This document shows positions 21,619 to 30,076 of a stretch of DNA of 64,000 nt, piece by piece (position 1 is the first letter of the stretch; each line of letters begins with the position of its first letter). This stretch comes from Macrostomum lignano. Lineage: Eukaryota. The notes under the pieces are model-generated. The model did no database searches, had not been told where the DNA came from, and worked only from the letters and a program-made list of their open reading frames with translations. The stretch is taken from NCBI GenBank assembly GCA_002269645.1, contig NIVC01001070.1, positions 58,492 through 122,491 on the forward strand. The letters run 5' to 3'. A program made the position numbers and the translations under genes.

Positions 21619-23109
21619 TCAAAGCTGGCGCCACAGAAAACCATCGCAGGTGGCCGGCAGGACGCGCAGGTGGCCGGCAGGAAGCGCAGATGGCCGGCAG
21701 GAAGTGCAGATGGCCGGCAGGGCACGCAGGTGGCCGGGCGGGACGCGCAGGTGGCCGGCAGGACGCGCAAGTGGCCGGCAGGACACGCAGGTGGCCGGCA
21801 CGCGCAGGTGCCGGCAGGACGCGCAAGTGGCCGGCAGGACACGCAGGTGGCCGGCAGGAAGTGCAGATGGCCGGCAGGGCACGCAGGTGGCCGGCAGGAA
21901 GCGCAGATGGCCGGGCGGAAAGCGCAGGTTGCCGACGCAGAAGCCGGCAGGAAGCGCACGTGGCCGCCGCAGAAGCCGGCAGGAAGCGCAGGTGGCCGTC
22001 GCAGAAGCCGGCAGGAAGCGCAGGTGGCCGCCGCAGAAGCCGCTGAGCCATTCCCCCAGGAAGCTTGACCCCACTAGCAAGCAAATAAACCCATACAGTA
22101 CGAGCGTAACAACATACATACAAGTAAGCAGAAAATACAGTATGAATCGGAACTGGGCACCCCAGCGAACCCGAAGTCCAGGGAGACCGACGCAGCTTTT
22201 CAGGACCTCGAGCAGCCTGCCGGGCCGGCGCAAACCGAACAGCGGGATGAGCTCGTGACAGAGCTGTCGGACGAAACAATCAAAACTCTGCCTAGACCAG
22301 TAACGGCGGCCTGCTCTCTGACGCTTTACCGGAGCGATATCTCTGCGGATGAAGAACAACGCCTGCAGCAGGACCATTGACAGTGCGCTCCTCGGTTCTC
22401 GCTGCGAGTCTCGAAACAGCCGTCTCATAGCCGTGAGCACTGACACGATTCCGTCCGACTGTCCAGCCAAAATATGCTTCATCAAACGATGGCGGAGCTG
22501 ACGCGCAGCTGCCGATAACGACAGCTTTTCATCATCCCATATTGCTCCCGACGCGCGATGTGAGACAACCTCCTTGCTTTCCGGTACATCGATCTCCATA
22601 GCTTCTGACTCACTACTTCCGGAGGAGCCATCCGATGCCAGCAACTCGTCTTCTTCTTCTGTGTCGATGCTACACTCATCCGACTCCTCGCTCTCATCGT
22701 CGTCCGAGATTAGAATGTAGCCATCCGCTTCGTAATCGTTCCTCTGTCCCTGTCTCCCCTGCCTGAGACCAGCTTCCTTGCGCTGAGCTTCTTCAACTTC
22801 TCGCCTTTGCTGTACTCCCTCTTCGATGTCCGCCGGCATTCTTACACCAGTAGGAGGTATGAACGTCATTGCGAAGGTTACAGCCTCGTCATACGGGATT
22901 GATTTATCGCCCAACTGGTCGTACATCGCTCGGCGATATGGACACGATAGAATTCTACCAGCAGTCTCAATTTCTTGGAAACGGCGTCCTGCGAGTTCCT
23001 TGTCCGGGTGCTTGTCCGGGTGCCAGAAGAGCGCTAGCTGTCGATAGACTCGCCTGATCTCGGCACGTTCGGCTGTGTGTCCGACTTGGAGGACAGCGTA
23101 CAAATCCAT
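21619..23109 (-). CDS. Retrotransposon-borne J-domain (DnaJ/Hsp40-like) accessory ORF; C-terminal extent uncertain
   Basis: MDLYAVLQV...EIRRVYRQLALFWHPDKHPD...FQEI...ILS.P.RRAMYDQLG is a complete J-domain with HPD. It is intronless and lies between the integrase stop and the PPT. Confidence 0.85.
   Translation of the reverse strand: MDLYAVLQVGHTAERAEIRRVYRQLALFWHPDKHPDKELAGRRFQEIETAGRILSCPYRRAMYDQLGDKSIPYDEAVTFAMTFIPPTGVRMPADIEEGVQQRREVEEAQRKEAGLRQGRQGQRNDYEADGYILISDDDESEESDECSIDTEEEDELLASDGSSGSSESEAMEIDVPESKEVVSHRASGAIWDDEKLSLSAAARQLRHRLMKHILAGQSDGIVSVLTAMRRLFRDSQREPRSALSMVLLQALFFIRRDIAPVKRQRAGRRYWSRQSFDCFVRQLCHELIPLFGLRRPGRLLEVLKSCVGLPGLRVRWGAQFRFILYFLLTCMYVVTLVLYGFICLLVGSSFLGEWLSGFCGGHLRFLPASATATCASCRLLRRPRALPAGFCVGNLRFPPGHLRFLPATCVPCRPSALPAGHLRVLPATCASCRHLRVPATCVSCRPLARPAGHLRVPPGHLRALPAICTSCRPSALPAGHLRVLPATCDGFLWRQL
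21646..22045. repeat. GC-rich tandem repeats (about 20 bp, then about 32 bp units) in the Gypsy 3' region
   Basis: GCAGGTGGCCGGCAGGACGC-type units, followed by CGCAGAAGCCGGCAGGAAGCGCAGGTGGCCGC-type units. Confidence 0.9.
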
Positions 23110-23532
23110 CTGCAAAGCAACGTACTCAAACCTGCGACACACTGTCCCTGACTCCAGATTCTACTCCTGCTCCCCTCTTGCCAGAGCGTCATCTCCTCGG
23201 ACCGTGGCCCGCGGTACCCTGCATCGTAAAGTCCCAGCGCAAATTCGAGTTGTCACCGGATGCCATTCCGAATACCCTCCACCGATGCATAGATTTTGTA
23301 GGCAAAATTTGATTCTCGTCAAAACTTCGATGAAGATGCGATTAAAATGACTTAATGACGCATTAACGAATTTCTTGAATGACGCATTGGCGAACTGCTC
23401 GTACTCACGATGAATGATGCATTGATGAAGTACTCGTATTTATGATGAATGACGCATTCGCGAAATATTTTTCTGGCTTTTAACGATAATCGCATATGAA
23501 ACTGATGAGACTTCACGATGACGAGTAACCCA

Positions 23533-24590
23533 TTAGAATGTCACTGGCTGGCCGTAGCGATCCGGCGGCCGTCGCAACCTTCCGGACCTTCGAGGCTCAG
23601 GTGCAGCTTCCACCGGGTTATGAGTAGGCTGCGGGTCGTCAACCAACTCCATCTGCTCTTCCAGCACCTCGGCGACTTCCTCAGCGTCCTGTGGCGGCAT
23701 CAGTTGAGGCCGAGTCCAAGTCTCGCCTTCCGCATCTGCCTCCGAGTCCGTCTCGTCGACCACTTCCGGCGGTGCCGCGGTCCTAACTGGTGTTTCCAGG
23801 GCGGCCGGTCGAGCGAACTTCCGGAGGTTGTTGAAGTGGACGAACTTCGACTTTTTACGATTTGACGGGTTTTCCACTTTGAAGAGCACCTCGGATCTTC
23901 TTTCGAGCACCTTCACTGGGCCGAGCCAGCTTACGTGAAACTTTGCGGCTTCGTCTGGTTTCAGGGCGGGGCTGTAGACGAAGACATGGTCACCCTCCTG
24001 AATATCGGATCCTCGGGTTCTTTTATCGTACTGGTCCTTCTGTCGCCGCTGATAAGTGTTCAACTGCTGTCGAGCAGCGCGATGAGCTGTCTGCAATTTG
24101 TCTTCTAGCTCCTTGACGAAATTTACATGCGAATCGACAGGCTGTGGCGGCTGGTCAGTCAAGTCTATCGGTAGGCGCATCTCCGTGCCATAGACCATGT
24201 AGTGGGGAGTATAACCCGTTGCTCGATGCACGCTTGATCGGTACGCCATTAACGCAGAGCTGACGAATTCTTCCCAGTCGTTTCGTCCTGAGTCCTCTAG
24301 GCAGCACTTGAGGATGGATTTTAAACTTTTATTGAAGTTTTCTACTTGTCCATTTCCGCTCGGATGATAAGCTGTTGTTCTGGACTTGCGGATCTCGAGT
24401 ATCCTGCACATTTCGCGCATCACTTGCGATTCGAAGTTTCTTCCTTGGTCGCTGTGCAAAGTACTCGGACACCCATGCTGGCTAATCCATCGATTGAAAA
24501 GCGCCCTTGCCACCGTCCTTGCCTTCTGGTTGCGAAGCGGGTACGCGTCAGGCCACTTCGTAAACGAATCTTGGACTGTCAGGAGATAAT
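23533..24590 (-). CDS. Gypsy integrase core and C-terminus, separated from pol by a 1-nt frameshift near 24588
   Basis: Restoring one base gives GN.YLLTVQDSFTKWPDAYPL. Catalytic D, D and E are in DIVGP, SDQG and VENFN. Confidence 0.9.
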
Positions 24591-27500
24591 GTTTCCAGCC
24601 TTACTCCGCGGTAGCGGCCCGACAATGTCCATCATGACGCAATCGAATGGTGCTGCGAATGTCAACGGTTGCAGGGGTGCTCGGTTTCGCTTGCCCGGCT
24701 TTGACTTGCAGCAGGTGGCACAACCGCGAATATATTCTTCAATGGCACGAGACAATCCTGGACGCCAGTAGCGCTGAAGCACTTTAAATTTTGTCTTCGC
24801 AAAGCCCATGTGGCCACCTCCCACTCCCTCGTGTAGGGTTTTCAAGATACGATCCAATGCCTTTCGTGGCAGCACCATTTGATACTCATCGCGCCTGTCT
24901 TTGTGTCTCACAAGGAGCACGTTCTCTTGCAGCACCAGGTCGTCTTTTCGAGTCCAGACGGCTCTAGCCAGTGGACTCCAAGCTGTCTCGCTTTTATCTG
25001 GAACTGGGTTTGAGCCAAGCGCTTCCTTTACTGTTCTCAAATCGTCGTCTTGATCCTGCTCGCTTGCCAGATTGCCGGCTGAGAATCGTTCAAATTCGAC
25101 TGCATTTAGTCCTTCTGGATGCTGCGCACATGCCGGGCATGTCTCCGCTCCGAAATGTCTCCGTACTGGCTTCCTCGACATTGCGTCCGCGTTGCCATGC
25201 GATCGACCTGGTCTGTGAACGATGCGGTACTGAAATGGAGCCAACTTCTCCAACCAGCGAGCAACCTGTCCCTCGGCGTCACTGAAGTTTTTTAACCATT
25301 GCAGGCTGCTGTGGTCCGTTCGCAGACAGAACGCTTTTCCAAGCAGATAATATCTGAACTTCATGATGAAAGTCACAACCGCTAGTAGTTCTAAACGAGT
25401 CGTAGAATAGTTGCGTTCGGCTTGATTTAGTGTCTTGGACCCATAGGCGATCACTCGTTCTGCTCCATCTGGCTGGACTTGAGAAAGTACCGCTCCTATG
25501 CCCATCTTCGAACTGCCATCAGTATCGAGGATAAACTCTCCGGCATCCGGGGAGAAATCCGGATGAGCCATAACCTCTGAACTTGTCATTCGTTCCTTCA
25601 ATGTTTTGAACGCCAGCTGCTGTTCCGTTTTCCATTCAAACTTTGCGTCTTTTGTTGTCAATCGAGTTAGAGGCGCTGCTATTGCGGCGAAATCTTTAAT
25701 AAACTTTCTGTAATAGCCACACAGGCCCAAGAATGAATGCAGCTCCGTCGAGGATCGCGGTGTTGGCCAGTTCTTCACTTCTTGAACTTTCTCCTCATCG
25801 GTACTGATGCCAGCAGCCGACAGCGTGTGACCGAGAAATTTCACTTGCTTTTGCAAAAAGTGACACTTCTGGGGCTTCAGGCACAAATTTGCTTGCCGCA
25901 ACTTGCTGAATATTTCCTCCAGTCTTCTCAGGTGTTCATCCACGTCGGTTGACCAAACCAGTAGATCGTCGATGTAGACGAGACAGGTTTTCCACATCTG
26001 CTTGTCCAGAACGGCTGCCATCAACCTGGTGAATGTTGCTGGGCTGTTCACTAAGCCGAACGGCATAACCTTCCATCGAAATTGTCCGCGATGCGGCACT
26101 GCAAACGCCGTCTTGTCCTGATCCTGAGGTCTCACCCCTACTTGCCAAAACCCGCTGTGAAGGTCCATTGTCGAGAAGATCTTGGCTCCGTGTACTGCCT
26201 CCAGCGCATCATCGACCCTCGGCATCGGCACTGCATCCTTGACGGTGACCTCATTCAACTTCCGATAATCGACGCACATCCTCATTTCCCCTGATTTCTT
26301 CTTTACGCACACCAAAGGAAAGCACCATGGTGACTGTGCTTCTTCGATCTGCCCCTTTTCCAGCAACTCGTTGACTTGACGATCTACTTCTGGCTGTAAG
26401 TGGGGAGGCAGACGACGCGGTGGGATCTTGATTGGGCGCGCATTCTCGGTGTTAATTTCATGCTCCACCACGGTAGTTAACTTGCTTGAAGTCTGCTTGG
26501 TCGTGAACACATCGCTGTAACTCCGGACAAGGATTCTAAATTCTTCGTCTTCTTTCGTCGACAGTCCACAGTCGCCGTACGAGTTTGGTAGCAAGTCTGC
26601 TTCCGAAGGGCTGTTGCTGCCTTGGACCTTCGGCTCTTCCTGTGAATCGTCTCCTGACTCTACGGCTAAGAGCTTGATGGTGTTCAACGGTTCGGTGGAT
26701 TCTAGGGGGCAGAACCACCCGAGCGTACAACCTTGGCGAATTCTGACTGGCTCTTCCGTGATATTGATGAGTCGAGTCGGCAGACGGCTGCCGCTATTTG
26801 GGATCACTAAGGCCTTAGCAAGCCAGCGGCCAGCTGCCAAATCGTTCGCTCCGAGATTCTCAGTTAGACCGACACACCCTCTGTTCCGTCGTCCTTTGCT
26901 CTCCAGCCTTGCTGACAGAACTGCTTGATGACCTGGCGGTATTGTGCTGGACCTTGTCGCCAAAATTCTGCAAACGATCGGGCGCTCAGCTTGCCATCGG
27001 AACGGGATTGCAGTGTCCTGCACTGAAAAGACAGCTGTCTTGTAGTCGATGACGCAACTGTTGTCCCTGCAGAAGTCGGATCCCAATACCAGTTGGTACT
27101 TCACTCCGCTGACTACCAAGGCTGGAGTATCTATTACTTTATCAGCGATTGACAGTCGCAACAGGACTGTTCTCTCGATTTCGATCGGGCTGCCGTTTGC
27201 TAAGCTAACATAGCCTTCAGCACCGGCCAAATCTCTGACGCTCTGTTTCGGCATACTTTGGTAGGCTTCCCGTGAGATAATGGTGCAGGAAGCTCCCGAG
27301 TCCACTAGCGCGTTCACCCTCCGCCCTGCGATTGAGGCCGTAACATATATCGACGCAGGATTGATTTGAATTGACTGAGGTGCGTTGACGGTGATTGGGC
27401 GCTGCGACTGTGCAAAACCGGCTAGTTGATGGTGAGGTGCAGTACCGGACGCTGGAGGCTGATGAGGCACTGTAACGGACACTGGATGCTGATGAGACTC

Positions 27501-27848
27501 AGTACCGGACACTGTATGCTGATGAGGCGCAGTACCGGACACTGGAGGCTGATGAGGCACTGTACCGGACACTGGATGCTGATGAGACGCTGTACCGGAC
27601 ACTGGATGCTGATGAGGCGCAGTACCGGACACTGGATGCTGATGAGGCGCAGTACCGGACACTGGAGGCTGATGAGATGAAGTACCGGACACTGGATGCT
27701 GATGAGGCGCAGTACCGGACACTGGAGGCTGATGAGACGCAGTACCGGGCGTTTGATGATGATGAGATGAGATGACGACTTGTTCGGAGGCTGACGAATT
27801 GCAGGGGCTCACTTGCCTCCAGCTGGTGGGCCCCTCTTGCCTTTTCCC
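24579..27848 (-). CDS. Gypsy pol: protease, reverse transcriptase, RNase H, integrase zinc finger
   Basis: ALVDSGAS, CVDYRKLN, MPFGL, YIDD, FILDTDGS, ELLAVV, TDHSSL, GGHMG...CATC. Confidence 0.95.
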   Translation of the reverse strand, partial: GKRQEGPTSWRQVSPCNSSASEQVVISSHHHQTPGTASHQPPVSGTAPHQHPVSGTSSHQPPVSGTAPHQHPVSGTAPHQHPVSGTASHQHPVSGTVPHQPPVSGTAPHQHTVSGTESHQHPVSVTVPHQPPASGTAPHHQLAGFAQSQRPITVNAPQSIQINPASIYVTASIAGRRVNALVDSGASCTIISREAYQSMPKQSVRDLAGAEGYVSLANGSPIEIERTVLLRLSIADKVIDTPALVVSGVKYQLVLGSDFCRDNSCVIDYKTAVFSVQDTAIPFRWQAERPIVCRILATRSSTIPPGHQAVLSARLESKGRRNRGCVGLTENLGANDLAAGRWLAKALVIPNSGSRLPTRLINITEEPVRIRQGCTLGWFCPLESTEPLNTIKLLAVESGDDSQEEPKVQGSNSPSEADLLPNSYGDCGLSTKEDEEFRILVRSYSDVFTTKQTSSKLTTVVEHEINTENARPIKIPPRRLPPHLQPEVDRQVNELLEKGQIEEAQSPWCFPLVCVKKKSGEMRMCVDYRKLNEVTVKDAVPMPRVDDALEAVHGAKIFSTMDLHSGFWQVGVRPQDQDKTAFAVPHRGQFRWKVMPFGLVNSPATFTRLMAAVLDKQMWKTCLVYIDDLLVWSTDVDEHLRRLEEIFSKLRQANLCLKPQKCHFLQKQVKFLGHTLSAAGISTDEEKVQEVKNWPTPRSSTELHSFLGLCGYYRKFIKDFAAIAAPLTRLTTKDAKFEWKTEQQLAFKTLKERMTSSEVMAHPDFSPDAGEFILDTDGSSKMGIGAVLSQVQPDGAERVIAYGSKTLNQAERNYSTTRLELLAVVTFIMKFRYYLLGKAFCLRTDHSSLQWLKNFSDAEGQVARWLEKLAPFQYRIVHRPGRSHGNADAMSRKPVRRHFGAETCPACAQHPEGLNAVEFERFSAGNLASEQDQDDDLRTVKEALGSNPVPDKSETAWSPLARAVWTRKDDLVLQENVLLVRHKDRRDEYQMVLPRKALDRILKTLHEGVGGGHMGFAKTKFKVLQRYWRPGLSRAIEEYIRGCATCCKSKPGKRNRAPLQPLTFAAPFDCVMMDIVGPLPRSKAGNIIS
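27440..27750 (-). repeat. In-frame 30-bp coding repeat, about 10 units, upstream of the protease
   Basis: Encodes (HQHPVSGTAP)n-like decamers in the pol frame. Confidence 0.9.
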
Positions 27849-28729
27849 GGCTTTGGGCACTGGAATGAGAGATGGCCTATCTCCCCGCAGTTGTAGCACT
27901 TGACACCGCTACGCTGCTTCGAGCTGGACGGAGCCGCCTGCTTGGATTGTTGCTTGTCTTGAAGGCCGGGTTCGGGCGGCTCCTGCTGGCCCTGCTGCAT
28001 CTGCTCCATCCGTCGGATCTTTTCTTCCATTTCCTTTACTTTTTGACGCAGTTGCCGTAGCTCCTCGTCTTTGCCGGTGTCACCTGTCGACGTTTCGGTG
28101 GCAAAGGCATTCAGCCCAGCCCTGGGTCTGGCTTTGGACTGGGTCGAAGACGCCTTCTGGGCTGCTTCAAGTTGTCTTACTGTTCGAATGGCATCGGTGA
28201 GGTTGGCCGGCTGCTGCAGGTACAGTCTTTCTCGGACAGTGTCGGTTACTCGAACGCCTTTTAGAAATCTGTCTTTCGCCAGCTCTGTCCTGGTGTCGGC
28301 ATCCGCGGTGGGGAAGGCATTGCGCACCAACTCCAGCAGCTCGTCCCCGTAGGTCTCCACAGACTCCTTGTCTAGCTGATCTCGATTCGATAATTCAAAA
28401 CGGTAGTCCTGGGCTGTTCTGTTCATGGTGAACCGCGCCAGCAGTGCATCCGTGAATTCCCCGTACTCGATGTCGTCTGCCAAGTCCAGCTTATCAACGG
28501 CAGCGTAGGCTGTTGTGAGGTCGAGTAGGCCGATCAGGTGCGGCCGCCTGGCTTCTTCTTCTATACCGACAGCCTCGCAGTACTCGTTGAAACTCTGCAG
28601 CCATAGGCTGAAATTCATCGTTGGTATGTACTTGGGCGGCTTCGAGAGTCGTGGCGCTGCTCGGTCGGCGTTGGCTCTGAGGCGCGCAGCCAGCGCATCG
28701 ATCAGTTGGTCCATAGCTTGATCACCCAT
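27809..28729 (-). CDS. Gypsy gag
   Basis: Capsid-like PPKY...FSLWLQSF and C-terminal CCHC knuckle CYNCGEIGHLSFQC. Confidence 0.92.
   Translation of the reverse strand: MGDQAMDQLIDALAARLRANADRAAPRLSKPPKYIPTMNFSLWLQSFNEYCEAVGIEEEARRPHLIGLLDLTTAYAAVDKLDLADDIEYGEFTDALLARFTMNRTAQDYRFELSNRDQLDKESVETYGDELLELVRNAFPTADADTRTELAKDRFLKGVRVTDTVRERLYLQQPANLTDAIRTVRQLEAAQKASSTQSKARPRAGLNAFATETSTGDTGKDEELRQLRQKVKEMEEKIRRMEQMQQGQQEPPEPGLQDKQQSKQAAPSSSKQRSGVKCYNCGEIGHLSFQCPKPGKGKRGPPAGGK
27842..27848 (-). promoter_or_regulatory. Candidate -1 ribosomal frameshift site for gag-pol
   Basis: G GGA AAA heptamer in the gag frame, and pol is in the -1 frame. An AGGGGC...GCCCCT stem starts 6 nt downstream. Confidence 0.7.
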
Positions 28730-28953
28730 GGCCGAAGTCACTGAATACCGTTGCTACTCTTTACTCTGAGGTGGTGATAGCTATCAATCTCTGATAACCA
28801 ATCAGTTGCCTGTCACCGTGATCAATGTCTTTTGCGGTAGGGCAATAGCCGCAGGCGATAAGCAAAAGTCGTTTTAATAAGAAAAAACGCTCACAATATG
28901 ACAGCAATTTTCATAGAAAGCAACTGCGCCGACTTTCAATCTTTGGGGACAGG

Positions 28954-28971
28954 GTCCCTGTTCGGGCGCCA
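28954..28971 (-). promoter_or_regulatory. Gypsy primer-binding site (tRNA-Lys)
   Basis: TGGCGCCCGAACAGGGAC, 3 nt from the LTR end; the classic tRNA-Lys PBS. Confidence 0.92.
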
Positions 28972-28974
28972 ATT

Positions 28975-29435
28975 TGTTGTAACCCGGGTCGGCTTGGGTG
29001 CCCAGTCCCGAGTACAATATATATTATATGTGATATAACAGGCGTTGTGACGCTCTGTCTGTACTTTTATGAATACGACGAGCAGGCGTGGCGACGCTCT
29101 GCGATAATAATTCGATCCCTCTGGTGTTGTGACACTCAGAGTTCACGCTGCGGCTCGAGGTGTGGTGACACTCTCGAGTGCTTCTATTCTCTATACCGTA
29201 GGGCGTACGCAATATATATGGTAAACGGTACCGTACTACAGAAGCTATATGGTCTCCCGGCGTTATGACGCTCTGGCAAGAATTCGGCCTAGCAAGCTTC
29301 CCGAAAAGAAAGGACTCAAACAGCAGGCGGCTTACCAGTGGCCAGATGACTGTTCACCGTTTATTATTCGCAGGTCTCAAGCGCAGTTTCCGACTTCTTC
29401 TTAATTCTCCAAGACTCTTCTCAATTAGGCTATTG
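28975..29435 (-). repeat. Gypsy 5' LTR, PBS-proximal part (copy 1)
   Basis: Matches 18841-19301 with no difference seen by eye. Confidence 0.92.
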
Positions 29436-29700
29436 TGTTTCTTTTATCGAAGTGGCTAATGTTGCTGTTTCTTTTATCCAAGTAGCTAATGTTGCTGTTT
29501 CTTTTATCGAAGTGGCTAATGTTGCTGTTTCTTTTATCGAAGTAGCTAATGTTGCTGTTTCTTTTATCGAAGTGGCTAATGTTGCTGTTTCTTTTATCGA
29601 AGTAGCTAATGTTGCTGTTTCTTTTATCGAAGTGGCTAATGTTGCTGTTTCTTTTATCGAAGTAGCTAATGTTGCTGTTTCTTTTATCGAAGTAGCTAAT
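29436..29700. repeat. 30-bp satellite, 9 units
   Basis: Same unit, lying between the Gypsy LTR part and the BEL LTR. Confidence 0.96.
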
Positions 29701-29993
29701 TGTTTGGGAGGTAGATTGAAGCATTGATTTTCTTTCCAATTCCACTGCGTGATTTAATGTACGTACGTGTTTATTATTCAATTTTCTATGTACGCTGATT
29801 TAGCCCAGGCCCATCTCACCCACCCCCCTCCACGCTGGCTGATTCTGACTGACTGCAATATATATATCATCGAGAGGGCTTATTAGCCCTGTGTACGGTT
29901 TTACGCTTTTCGTTTTGTTAGCGTCTCGCTTGAGCCTCAGCTCCAAAATAGTTATTGGCGGACCATCGGTCTTTTCATTTCTATAGTACATTT

Positions 29994-30011
29994 TGGTAGC
30001 AGAGCGTGGTT
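29994..30011 (+). promoter_or_regulatory. BEL primer-binding site, initiator tRNA-Met-like
   Basis: TGGTAGCAGAGCGTGGTT, 3 nt after the LTR. TGGTAGCAGAG is complementary to the animal tRNA-iMet 3' end. Confidence 0.75.
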
Positions 30012-30076
30012 GGACAAGCCTAAATTACCACTGACGTGGCAAGCAATAGAATCCTACTGTGAAACGAAGGACCAAG

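Noticed and set aside
21183-22258. Multiple Ala/Gly/Arg-rich ORFs on both strands
   Set aside because: Products of GC-rich tandem repeats and LTR sequence.
30065-30074. Antisense TGGTCCTTCG, resembling a common BEL PBS
   Set aside because: Only 10 nt, in the wrong orientation and not next to an LTR. The real PBS is at 29994.
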